In this document: piece after piece, positions 35,941-44,727 of the stretch | Layout of the letters: each line of letters starts with the position of its first letter | How positions within the stretch are numbered: position 1 is the first letter of the stretch | Assembly: GCA_043755535.1 (NCBI GenBank) | Contig: JAYUSS010000044.1 | Span: 1-57,874 of the forward strand | DNA from: Candidatus Peregrinibacteria bacterium | GTDB lineage: Bacteria; Patescibacteriota; Gracilibacteria; Peribacterales; Peribacteraceae | Length of the DNA: 57,874 nucleotides | Direction: 5' to 3' | The notes under the pieces: model-generated | What the model was told of the DNA's origin: nothing | Seen by the model: the letters and a program-made list of their open reading frames with translations, nothing else | Databases searched by the model: none | Position numbers and translations under genes: made by a program

Positions 35941-36112
35941 GAATACGGGAATACTAGAATAATAGGGATTAGAATAATCGGAACGACGGGAATAATAGAG
36001 TAATAGGGACTAGAATAATCGGAACGACGGGAATAATAGAATAATAGGGATTAGAATAATGGGAACGATCGTTCGTCCTATTATTCTATTATTCTAATCC
36101 CTATTATTCCTC
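35941..36112. repeat. compound word-repeat element: three tandem 41-nt left arms plus one right arm
   Basis: Units at 35947-35987, 35988-36028 and 36029-36069 (GGGAATAATAGAATAATAGGGATTAGAATAATCGGAACGAC variants), then GTCCTATTATTCTATTATTCTAATCCCTATTATTCC. Confidence 0.85.
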
Positions 36113-36116
36113 TCCT

Positions 36117-37058
36117 TCATAAGGACTTCTTCTTTTTAACAGGTTTCTTACGCCGCGGAGCCACCTTTTTAACCACCCCCCTCCCCGGCACAATCGGCCG
36201 TGGGATGTACTTAAACACAAAGCCCATAAAGACCAAGAAGATAAGAGTCGGGAGCAGTGGACGGCTGATAGCCGGAGTGAATTGTGCGATAAGACCCAGG
36301 AGAATCGGGAGCGTCACACCATAGAGCCCCAAGCGGTAGATTTGTCCGTAGGTGAGCTTCCTTCCCATCATGCTGCTAAGTAGCCATGCGAGCAGCGACC
36401 AGATAAGCAGGATAAACAGATACCATGCCCATGCGAATCCTGCACCGAGGAATGGCAGTAGTAGAAGGCCGACCATCACTCCTCTATCGATCCAGAGGGG
36501 GGCCGCTTCCAAAAATGGAATGGCTGCGTCGACGGTATTATCAAAAATTTCTTTATCGACCACGACGTGCTCGTCGATTTTGGACAGGGAGAATGCGCGA
36601 ATGCCTTCGTCACTCTCTGCGACGATGTGCGTGCGGGTAGCAAGAATGACGGTGTCGTATGCGTCGAAGTCATCGATCGAAGCGTTCGTATCAATCGTCA
36701 GCAGATGCAAAGGCATATCTTCTTTGTCTTCTCTATCCTCCCCCCAGAATGGCGGGTCCAAGAAGTATGGCTCGTCGACGTTCGTTGTAAGCGCACCGGA
36801 CTGAATATCCAATACCAACTCTGCAGGGTACATCTCCCTGAGCAGCGGTCCGCTACGATCAAAAAAATCCTGAATCTGCGGGCGCACAGAGGCATACAGA
36901 ATTGCCAGAACAATACTTGTGATGGTGGAGGTGCATACAAAAAGCCAGTACAAGTACCCAAGACCCGCTGAGGTCCGTTCCTTCAAATGCACACCATAGG
37001 TGCGCGGCTTAAAGGCGGAGTCGACAACGGTACGAAAGAATCGGCGGATGGTCTGCAT
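36117..37058 (-). CDS. polytopic membrane protein (DUF1189/YvdJ-like?) with Lys-rich C-tail
   Basis: N-terminus FFRTVVDSAFKPRTYGVHLKERTSAGLGYLYWLFV resembles DUF1189 openings; C-terminus KKVAPRRKKPVKKKKSL. Confidence 0.65.
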   Translation of the reverse strand: MQTIRRFFRTVVDSAFKPRTYGVHLKERTSAGLGYLYWLFVCTSTITSIVLAILYASVRPQIQDFFDRSGPLLREMYPAELVLDIQSGALTTNVDEPYFLDPPFWGEDREDKEDMPLHLLTIDTNASIDDFDAYDTVILATRTHIVAESDEGIRAFSLSKIDEHVVVDKEIFDNTVDAAIPFLEAAPLWIDRGVMVGLLLLPFLGAGFAWAWYLFILLIWSLLAWLLSSMMGRKLTYGQIYRLGLYGVTLPILLGLIAQFTPAISRPLLPTLIFLVFMGFVFKYIPRPIVPGRGVVKKVAPRRKKPVKKKKSL

Positions 37059-37172
37059 ACGCGTAGTATACCCGTTTTTTCTATTTCGGCATTAAAAAAT
37101 GACCCAAGCGTGTATGTCCGCTTGGGCCGGTGTCTTCCACTGTGTCACGAGTGCAATCGGCTGGTCCGGCTG

Positions 37173-37745
37173 CTATGCGAGTTGTTTCTTGCGGTTGACG
37201 AGGGTCCGGATCCGCTCTGCGAGCAAAGCGCTGTCGAATGGCTTCCGGAAGGTTTCGTTGAACGGGGTGCGGTCGAAACCGTTTGCCGTGTCATCGTCGC
37301 TCAGGAGGGCCATCAAAATCGGACTCTCGTAGTCGGGGTTCTTGCGCAGGTTGGTTGCGATCAGCGCCGCCTCGTGGCGTCCCATCCCGACGTCAATGAC
37401 AACGCAATCCGGGTGGAGTGAATCCGCCTTGACTCCCGCCTCGAAGCCGATCGCCGCCGACTCAATCTTGTAGTCGTCGGTGGGCAGCAGGTCCATGAGA
37501 TGGCCGCGGACGGTGGCATCGATGCCAATGAGCAGCAGCTTCCCCATCGCCTCGTCTTCGAGTTCTCCGAGGGGCATGCCGTGTTCCTTCAGAAACCGAA
37601 TCAGATGCTCCCGGGGAATCCGGCGGTCTTGGCTTCCGGGAATCCGGTAGCCGCGCAGCCGCCCGCTGTCGAACCACTTGCTCACCGTGCGGGGAGCAAC
37701 TTTGCAAATCTTCGCCACCTGTCCCGTTGTGAAAATCGTTCGCAT
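37173..37745 (-). CDS. excisionase-type HTH fused to a receiver domain (response regulator)
   Basis: FTTGQVAKICKVAPRTVSKWFDSGRLRGYRIPGSQDRRIPRE (HTH_17-like), then a receiver: LLLIGID, DCVVIDVGMG, ILMALLSD, FRKPF. Confidence 0.75.
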   Translation of the reverse strand: MRTIFTTGQVAKICKVAPRTVSKWFDSGRLRGYRIPGSQDRRIPREHLIRFLKEHGMPLGELEDEAMGKLLLIGIDATVRGHLMDLLPTDDYKIESAAIGFEAGVKADSLHPDCVVIDVGMGRHEAALIATNLRKNPDYESPILMALLSDDDTANGFDRTPFNETFRKPFDSALLAERIRTLVNRKKQLA

Positions 37746-37872
37746 CGCCCACCTCCTGAGTTCCTTGTGTTCCTCCTCCTGCAACCTTCGCACCAAGCAC
37801 ACCCGCTTGGTTTAATTTCGTGCCACATGAGAGAAAGAGCTACGTAGAGCTTAGACGCAGGAATAAATTATG

Positions 37873-38751
37873 TCAAGCAACATTATTTAATCCTGTCAAG
37901 AACGCTCGTTCATGCCTTCCTCTCATCGTCGGCAGTAACGCAACTGCTCGATGTGCCCACAACTTCCACCCTTTCGGAATTCGGTCGAACGTCGGGTCAA
38001 TCTTCTCCATGGTCCGGAGTGACTTCCCGATCGTGTGTATCCGTTTGAGTGAATCCGCAAGTTCGATGTGGTGATGATGCAGTGCCTTCGCATCGGGTTC
38101 GTAGATCAGTTGTACACCGGCGTCCCGTAACTCCGTCCCCCACAAAATATCTTCCCATCCGTAGAGTGATATGTCTTCACGAAACGGATGCTGCTTCGCG
38201 ATTTCCGTCGGGAGGCTGATGTGGCTCGTATAGGTGAAGCGATGTTGGATGTTTTTTGGGATCGCTTGATGTGCGTACTGCGTAATCATCGGGTAGCCGA
38301 ATTGCCAACCGCTTTTCTCTAGCCAGCGCATTACAGGAGTGATGTTGCAGGCGGGGTTCCAGGTGGTGAAGCCGAGCGCGGCCCTCCCCCTTCCCCCAGC
38401 CCCTTCCCCCGCGAGGGGCAGGGGAGCATGAATGGAGAGATGCTTTTCGCATGCATCAGGTGCAAAAAAAATATCATCTTGGCCGAATAAGATGATAGGA
38501 GCTATCGCTTTCTCCACTCCTCTGTTTCGCGCAACTCCCTGTTGGCTTTTGGGGATGGAGAAGTATTGGGTATTGGGTATTGGGTATTGGGTATGGGCAA
38601 AGAGTTCATCAGTGTCAGCATCCGGTCCGTCGCTGACGACGATCACTTCCAACTGATCCACGATTGTCTGCTTCGCGATATGCCCCAGACACTTCTTCAA
38701 AATGTCCGGGCGCTTATGGGTGGGGATGACGATGGAAAGAGACGGGTTCAT
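37873..38751 (-). CDS. family 2 glycosyltransferase
   Basis: LSIVIPTHKRPDILKKCL...EVIVVSDGPD, QQGVARNRG and FGQDDIF motifs. Carries two internal repeat insertions (see findings). Confidence 0.85.
   Translation of the reverse strand: MNPSLSIVIPTHKRPDILKKCLGHIAKQTIVDQLEVIVVSDGPDADTDELFAHTQYPIPNTQYFSIPKSQQGVARNRGVEKAIAPIILFGQDDIFFAPDACEKHLSIHAPLPLAGEGAGGRGRAALGFTTWNPACNITPVMRWLEKSGWQFGYPMITQYAHQAIPKNIQHRFTYTSHISLPTEIAKQHPFREDISLYGWEDILWGTELRDAGVQLIYEPDAKALHHHHIELADSLKRIHTIGKSLRTMEKIDPTFDRIPKGWKLWAHRAVALLPTMRGRHERAFLTGLNNVA
38381..38426. repeat. GC-rich palindromic element inside the glycosyltransferase CDS
   Basis: GCCCTCCCCCTTCCCCCAGCCCCTTCCCCCGCGAGGGGCAGGGGAG is the reverse complement of the element at 39222-39262; translated as PLPLAGEGAGGRGRA. 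Confidence 0.85.
38564..38598. repeat. heptanucleotide tandem repeat (TATTGGG x4 plus one imperfect) inside the glycosyltransferase CDS
   Basis: TATTGGGTATTGGGTATTGGGTATTGGGTATGGGC; encodes TQYPIPNTQY on the gene strand. Confidence 0.9.
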
Positions 38752-38756
38752 CGAGT

Positions 38757-38846
38757 GAGAGTAATAGAATACTGGAATAATAGAGTAATAGGACGGCGGA
38801 AGAACTCCTTTCCTATTATTCTAGTATTCTAATCCCTATTATTCCC
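38757..38846. repeat. word-repeat hairpin (GGAATAATAG words) in a divergent promoter region
   Basis: GTAATAGAATACTGGAATAATAGAGTAATAGGA-loop-TCCTATTATTCTAGTATTCTAATCCCTATTATTCC; each arm ends within about 10 nt of a start codon. Confidence 0.8.
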
Positions 38847-38851
38847 TTCTC

Positions 38852-39589
38852 ATGAATATCCTCTTCCTCAACCTGGCCAGTAATTCCACTCTCCCGGGCG
38901 AAGGTGCGTGTATTGCCTGCGTATCCGACACAAAGACAGAAGCAATCCGTTTTACCGATCACCGCCTGGCCGATGACAAGCTGATGCCGGAGCTGGAAAT
39001 GGTGATGAGCGAAGCTGGTTGGGATAATAAGGACCTCACGCACATTGCGAGCATTACGGGTCCCGGGGGCTTTACGAGCCTGCGCGTGGCGGTGACGCTC
39101 GCCAATACCTACAGCGATCAATTGCAGATTCCGGTGGTGGGAGTGAATTTGAGTGATTTGTATTGTGCGCGAACCTCCCCCACCCTAAATCCCTCCCCCG
39201 ACGGGGAGGGACTTTTCGTGCTCCCTGCCCCTCGCGGGGGAAGGGCTGGGGAAGGGGGAGGTTTGCTCGCTCATGAAGCAGCCTCTAGTAAAAGTAGCTT
39301 CGTCTGGCTCCACAGCACCAAAAAAACCCACCTCTTCATCCGCGGCTTCGATGACCTTTCCTCGCGCTGGCCCGAACCGACGCTGATTTCTCTCGACGAT
39401 CTTGTCTCTCAATTACCTGAAAACACATCCATTGTCGGCGAAATCCTTCCGGAGCATCGGGAGGCGGTTGCAGCAAAGAACCCGGCATACCCAACAATCA
39501 GTCCTATTGCGGACGTGCTACCGGCGTTTCTTTCGTCACTCCCCTACGACCACAAAGCGCTTGCTCCATGGTATGGACGGGGATGGTGA
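38852..39589 (+). CDS. tsaB: tRNA t6A37 biosynthesis protein TsaB (YeaZ-like)
   Basis: ITGPGGFTSLRVAVTLANTYSDQLQIPVVGVN core; contains an insertion of about 30 aa encoded by a GC-rich palindromic element. Confidence 0.78.
   Translation: MNILFLNLASNSTLPGEGACIACVSDTKTEAIRFTDHRLADDKLMPELEMVMSEAGWDNKDLTHIASITGPGGFTSLRVAVTLANTYSDQLQIPVVGVNLSDLYCARTSPTLNPSPDGEGLFVLPAPRGGRAGEGGGLLAHEAASSKSSFVWLHSTKKTHLFIRGFDDLSSRWPEPTLISLDDLVSQLPENTSIVGEILPEHREAVAAKNPAYPTISPIADVLPAFLSSLPYDHKALAPWYGRGW
39173..39260. repeat. GC-rich compound palindromic element inside tsaB
   Basis: CCTCCCCCACCCTAAATCCCTCCCCCGACGGGGAGGGACTTTTCGTGCTCCCTGCCCCTCGCGGGGGAAGGGCTGGGGAAGGGGGAGG; translated as SPTLNPSPDGEGLFVLPAPRGGRAGEGGG. 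Confidence 0.85.
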
Positions 39590-39608
39590 AGATGCTATTC
39601 GAAATTGT

Positions 39609-40583
39609 TCACTTCTTCTTTAAAAGATTCCAAAGAGCATTAAGTACGCCCTTTTTTCCGCCAGCATGTTCAGTTTGATCCTTTGTAACTGGGGTATGCG
39701 TTCCATTATCCACTCCTTTCTTTTCGCGTTCCAGTGTTCCCCTATAAGGAGATGTATCGACGAGAGCATAGGCCTCACCTGTGTTTTGATCGATCATTCG
39801 TCTACAGTCGGTAGCAGTAAAAAAACCACCGTTTCCGCTTTCTAGTAAATCAATCGTCCTTCTTAAATTTTCCACCGGTCCTGCGATATCCAACCGCTCG
39901 TCTCGCTGACCGGCAAATTTGTCAGCTTGTACAACAACATTATAGATTTTTCTCATAGCAGGGACTTTAGGCTGTAATTGTTCCAAGCGCTTTTTCTGCG
40001 CGAGTTTACATGTCGCAACGAGTAGTTGAGAGAATGTTTTAAGGTCTGCGGCAGGTTCCGTCAGATCAGCGGCATGTGACTTTAGACTTTGCGTTACCTT
40101 CGTTAATCTTGCAGTATTTTGGAATCGACTCACCAAGTCTCTCCTTTCTCTGGTGTTATCATTTTCTTGAACTAAATTGGCCATTGAGTCTGCCAACGCT
40201 GTATCAATTTCACTGGAAGAGGGAATCTTGTCCAAATCAACTTCCTTGGTAACACGCCCAATGAGACCTGTAAGCCTCTCTTTTTCATGCCAAAAGCTTT
40301 CATCTGTCTCTTGTTCGATTTGCTCAAAAGCAGCTATGGATCGTTTCAATCCTTGTATTACTATATCTTTCCACGCAGATAGATCTTCAAATATCACTGG
40401 CGCTTCTTTGTACCTTATAGAAATACTCTCACCCTTCATCAGTTCGCGGTAGCTTGGCAGGTCATCGAATAATCCAAAAAGTTGATCTTTTCTTTGGTAT
40501 AATGCGTCGCACTGGCGTGCATATCGAAGATGTAATGGCTCTATCGGCTCCGCAGGTGAAGGAAGGGGAGAATTATTTTGCAT
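39609..40583 (-). CDS. hypothetical protein (324 aa), AT-rich, helical
   Basis: Start moved to ATG 40583 because a TATAAT box overlaps the upstream ATGs; no recognised domain. Confidence 0.55.
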   Translation of the reverse strand: MQNNSPLPSPAEPIEPLHLRYARQCDALYQRKDQLFGLFDDLPSYRELMKGESISIRYKEAPVIFEDLSAWKDIVIQGLKRSIAAFEQIEQETDESFWHEKERLTGLIGRVTKEVDLDKIPSSSEIDTALADSMANLVQENDNTRERRDLVSRFQNTARLTKVTQSLKSHAADLTEPAADLKTFSQLLVATCKLAQKKRLEQLQPKVPAMRKIYNVVVQADKFAGQRDERLDIAGPVENLRRTIDLLESGNGGFFTATDCRRMIDQNTGEAYALVDTSPYRGTLEREKKGVDNGTHTPVTKDQTEHAGGKKGVLNALWNLLKKK

Positions 40584-40691
40584 AGGGTATCTGTTAGTAT
40601 TTATCTCCATTATACAATAAAAATATAATTTTTGCAATACCCTCTGTGTCATCATCTCTCAATCTGATAGAGTCGACGGACTCGCAATCCT

Positions 40692-43499
40692 ATGGCTTTT
40701 CTTGATTCCCTCAATAAACTCCTCGGCGATCCCAATGAAAAAGAACTCAGAAAACTGCGTCCATACGTCAAATTGGTGCGGGATGCCGCTGCAAAGCCGG
40801 ACATTCGGGCTTTAACCAGGGAGGATCTACCCAAGAAAACCGAGGAATTGAAGGCCAAATTTACCGCCGGAGCCACTCTGGAAGAGCTTTTGCCCGAGGC
40901 GTTTGCCGTGCATATCCGTGCGTGTGAACTGCTCCAGGGCGAGAAAGCGACCATCGGACGCCAGGAATTCGTGTGGAATATGATTCCGTTTGATGTGCAG
41001 ATTATTGGTGGAGTAGCGCTCCACCGCGGCTCCATTGCCGAAATGCGCACCGGTGAAGGAAAGACGCTTGTCTGTACGCTTCCCATTTACCTCAATGCTC
41101 TTGCCGGGAAAGGTGTCCACGTCGTCACCGTCAACGACTACCTCGCCAAGCGCGATGCGCTCTGGATGGGGGTCCTCTACAGAGCGCTCGGCTTAACCGT
41201 CGGTGTGATTGTGCATGGCGTCAATAACAACGACAGGCGCGATGCATACAGCTGTGACATCACCTATGGCACCAACAACGAATATGGGTTTGATTACCTG
41301 CGCGACAACATGGTGACGAGCAAAAAGCAGCAGGTGCAGCGCGGCCTTAACTACGCGATCGTCGATGAAGTGGACTCCATTCTTGTCGACGAAGCCAGGA
41401 CGCCGCTCATCATCAGCCAGCCAGCGGAGGAGTCGACGACCAAGTACATGCAGTACGCGATGCTGGTGAAAAATTTGCAAGAAAACACGCATTACAACAA
41501 AGACGAAAAGCAGAAGACGGCGGTACTTACCGACGAAGGTATCAAGAAAATGGAGGAGCTACTCGGTGTTGAAAATATCTACACCGAGAAAGGATTCGAA
41601 GAAGTACACCACATCGAACAGGCTCTGCGCGCCCATGCGATGTATCAGCGCGATGTCGATTACGTGGTATCGAATGATGGGCAGATTGTGATCGTGGATG
41701 AATTCACCGGGCGCTTAATGCCGGGCCGTCGCTACGGGCACGGGCTGCACCAGGCAATTGAGGCTAAAGAGAATGTGGAGGTGCAGCGGGAATCTAAAAC
41801 CCTCGCAACCATCACGTTTCAGAACTACTTCCGTCTCTATAAAAAACTTGCGGGTATGACCGGTACGGCTAAGACCGAAGAAGAAGAATTCGAATCGATC
41901 TATAAACTCCGCACCATTGTGATCCCCACGCACAGGCCGATGATTCGCGACGACCAATCCGATGCCATTTACCGCACGGTGTCATCCAAGTTCAAAGCCG
42001 TCGCACAGTTTGCCCGGGAGCGACATGCCAAAGGGCAGCCGGTGCTGATCGGTACGACGTCGATCGAAAAATCAGAGATTCTCGGCATGCTGCTCGAAAA
42101 AGAAGGCGTCCCGCACAACGTGCTCAATGCTAAGCAGCACGAACAAGAGGCAGATATTATCGCCAATGCAGGCCAAAAAGGAGCAGTGACGATTGCCACC
42201 AACATGGCCGGTCGCGGAACCGACATCAAGCTTGGCGAAGGGATGGCCGACCTCGGCGGCCTTTGCATTCTTGGGACGGAGCGTCACGAAAGTCGCCGTA
42301 TCGATAACCAGCTGCGTGGACGAAGCGGACGCCAGGGTGACCCGGGTGAAACACAGTTCTTTGTCTCGATGGAAGACGACCTGATGCGACTCTTTGGGGG
42401 AGACAGGCTCAAGTCGATGATGGAGCGCTTGAATGTGCCCGAAGATGTGCCGCTCCAAAACGGCATGGTTTCGCGCAGCATCGAAGGTGCCCAGAAGCGC
42501 GTGGAAGGACATCACTTCGACATGCGAAAACACGTCTTGCAGTACGACGATGTGATGAACAAGCACAGGGATATTATTTATAAGAGGCGGCAGAAGATCC
42601 TCGATAAACTGGAGGAGGGATCGGACTTAGGGATTGGGACTTCGGACTTAGGAAACGAGACTACCACCCTTCATGCAGATATTCTGGAAGCCATCCGCCG
42701 CGACGGTCGCGACATTGTCGTCACGCATGCGACGGGCATTGATAGCGACGAATGGAATTACAAGGAGATGAACGAAACTCTTGGGGCTCTGCACCCGAAG
42801 TTGCGCGAAGTGCTCAGTGAAGAAGTGCTACGTTCCAAAGACACCGTCGATGATCTGGTCGCATTTGTCTGTGACACATTGGTGGAATTCTACGAAGCGA
42901 AGTGCGCCTCACTCGATCCCAAACTAAGTATCCAGGCCGAGCGCGTCGTCACACTGCGTTCGATCGACACACATTGGATGGATCATATCGACGAGATGTC
43001 GCATTTGCGTGAGCAAGTTGCATTCGCAGGCTATGCCCAGCGCGACCCGGTGATTGAATACCAGGACAGAGCCTTCCAAAAGTTCCGCCAACTCCTCAAA
43101 AACATCGATTCGGTGATTGTCCGTACCGTGCTCCAGATCGACTTCGCACAATTCGCTCCAAGGCAAGTACTAGAGCAAGCAGAGGAAGGGCTCCAGAATT
43201 TGCAGACCAACGAAGCGCAGATTTCTGGGGAGTTGGAACAGACAGGCGTGAATGCGCGCGGCATGAATTCCGGTTCAGCCCTACAGCAAGCGATGAAACG
43301 GCAGTCCGAAGGTGACCTTTTGCTCAACCCGCTTGCAGCACGCACGCCGGCAACGGCACATATGGTTCCTCGCCCACCACTTCCACAGCAGCAAAAATCC
43401 ATGCAGAAGGTTGGACGGAATGATCCGTGTCCATGCGGAGCGAAGAAAGAGGATGGATCATCGGTAAAGTATAAAAACTGCCATGGCAAAAATGCTTAA
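40692..43499 (+). CDS. secA: preprotein translocase ATPase SecA
   Basis: MRTGEGKTLV Walker A, DEVDSILVDEARTPLIIS, TNMAGRGTDIKLG, C-terminal zinc tail CPCGAKKEDGSSVKYKNCHG. Confidence 0.97.
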   Translation: MAFLDSLNKLLGDPNEKELRKLRPYVKLVRDAAAKPDIRALTREDLPKKTEELKAKFTAGATLEELLPEAFAVHIRACELLQGEKATIGRQEFVWNMIPFDVQIIGGVALHRGSIAEMRTGEGKTLVCTLPIYLNALAGKGVHVVTVNDYLAKRDALWMGVLYRALGLTVGVIVHGVNNNDRRDAYSCDITYGTNNEYGFDYLRDNMVTSKKQQVQRGLNYAIVDEVDSILVDEARTPLIISQPAEESTTKYMQYAMLVKNLQENTHYNKDEKQKTAVLTDEGIKKMEELLGVENIYTEKGFEEVHHIEQALRAHAMYQRDVDYVVSNDGQIVIVDEFTGRLMPGRRYGHGLHQAIEAKENVEVQRESKTLATITFQNYFRLYKKLAGMTGTAKTEEEEFESIYKLRTIVIPTHRPMIRDDQSDAIYRTVSSKFKAVAQFARERHAKGQPVLIGTTSIEKSEILGMLLEKEGVPHNVLNAKQHEQEADIIANAGQKGAVTIATNMAGRGTDIKLGEGMADLGGLCILGTERHESRRIDNQLRGRSGRQGDPGETQFFVSMEDDLMRLFGGDRLKSMMERLNVPEDVPLQNGMVSRSIEGAQKRVEGHHFDMRKHVLQYDDVMNKHRDIIYKRRQKILDKLEEGSDLGIGTSDLGNETTTLHADILEAIRRDGRDIVVTHATGIDSDEWNYKEMNETLGALHPKLREVLSEEVLRSKDTVDDLVAFVCDTLVEFYEAKCASLDPKLSIQAERVVTLRSIDTHWMDHIDEMSHLREQVAFAGYAQRDPVIEYQDRAFQKFRQLLKNIDSVIVRTVLQIDFAQFAPRQVLEQAEEGLQNLQTNEAQISGELEQTGVNARGMNSGSALQQAMKRQSEGDLLLNPLAARTPATAHMVPRPPLPQQQKSMQKVGRNDPCPCGAKKEDGSSVKYKNCHGKNA

Positions 43500-43594
43500 T
43501 TATCCACTACACAGCGGAGCCCTGAGCCTGTCGAAGGGCGGCAGCGGGAAGAAGTATAAGAAGTGTCATGGGGCGAATGAGTGAATATTTTCAC

Positions 43595-44596
43595 TCACAC
43601 TTTCACATACCGTGTCCCCCGTCCCTGTCCCATACGCTTCACTTTGCGCAGTATCACGAGACGTGCAAGTGCTTGGCGTACTGTTCCAAGGGCGATACCG
43701 GTTGCATTCACGATTTTACCGGGAGCCGCTTCATCGACGCTTGAGAGATATTTCCACACGTCGTATTGCTTCGGAGAAAGAGTGTCTTCCACGTGCTCTT
43801 CTTCGAGATACGAGAGTGCCCTTGTCGCTTGTTCCCCTACAACCGCCAAAAAGAAATTCAGCCATGGTGCAATCGTACCGTGACCGGTTTTCAATGTTTC
43901 TTGCGATGTGCGGAGGGCAAAATAATATTCATCCTTCCTGCGTTCCACGATCTGCTCGTGCGAGACATACTGGACAAACTGGTAACCGGAACGGAGGAGG
44001 AGAAGGTTGGTCAGGACACGGGAAAGGCGTCCGTTGCCGTCTTCAAACGGGTGAATTTTCAAAAACTCCACAATGAAATTGGCGATGATGAGGAGTTGGT
44101 GAAAGCGTTTTTTCTCGAATGCATCGCTTGTCCATTCCGTAAGTTCCTGCATCTCTTTTCCGGCGAGATATGCCGGTGTCGTCTTGTAGCCTCCGCGATG
44201 TGTCTCGTCTTTGGTTGAATATTTGAGAAGCTGATGGTGGAGAGACAGAATCACACTCTCTCGAAGAGGCAATGTCCAGAAACTGTCGAATACATTCTGC
44301 AGCGTTTCAAGATATCCCTGTACCTCCTGCGTATCACGATCGGCAAATTTTGACAGGGAAAGACCATGCATGATTTTCTCCACTTGTGCATCGGTGAGTG
44401 TGGAACCCTCAATGCGAGTCGAAGCGCCGGCAGAGGTGATGATGGTCGACGTGCGGAGGTTGGTAACGGACTGAGGAGTCATGCGCAGGCCGGATTTGAA
44501 TTCGCCACGAATACCATCGATTTCAGTTAAAAGGGCTACGATATGTGGATCGATGCTATGGATACGCAGATCGAATTTTCGGAGGATGTCGTCCAT
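43595..44596 (-). CDS. fic: Fic-family protein with C-terminal winged helix
   Basis: HPFEDGNGRLSRVLTNLLL Fic motif and an N-terminal STRIEG inhibitory motif ((S/T)xxxE(G/N)). Confidence 0.9.
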   Translation of the reverse strand: MDDILRKFDLRIHSIDPHIVALLTEIDGIRGEFKSGLRMTPQSVTNLRTSTIITSAGASTRIEGSTLTDAQVEKIMHGLSLSKFADRDTQEVQGYLETLQNVFDSFWTLPLRESVILSLHHQLLKYSTKDETHRGGYKTTPAYLAGKEMQELTEWTSDAFEKKRFHQLLIIANFIVEFLKIHPFEDGNGRLSRVLTNLLLLRSGYQFVQYVSHEQIVERRKDEYYFALRTSQETLKTGHGTIAPWLNFFLAVVGEQATRALSYLEEEHVEDTLSPKQYDVWKYLSSVDEAAPGKIVNATGIALGTVRQALARLVILRKVKRMGQGRGTRYVKV

Positions 44597-44678
44597 ACTA
44601 AAGTGGAATTACAGTTATGTACTGTGTAACGGATTATAGCGGATTGTAACGGTAAATGCAAAGAACGGGGATTTTTGA

Positions 44679-44727
44679 CCACAAGAAACACATGCTTCGC
44701 CGACGCCAGTAAGCTATTCTTCACACT
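44679..44727 (+). repeat. holB 5'-module decoy, copy A (left-truncated)
   Basis: CCACAAGAAACACATGCTTCGCCGACGCCAGTAAGCTATTCTTCACACT is nearly identical to 46619-46666. Confidence 0.85.

Noticed and set aside
35941-36112. A possible CRISPR array, because of regularly spaced 41-nt repeats.
   Set aside because: The units are contiguous with no spacers. They are made of the same word family as other hairpins and are followed by a complementary arm. No cas genes are in the window.
38427-39221. An invertible DNA switch bounded by the inverted GC-rich elements in the GT2 gene and tsaB.
   Set aside because: Inversion would fuse the two genes' 5' parts to the wrong 3' parts in non-matching frames. 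No recombinase is nearby. I kept it only as something long reads could exclude.
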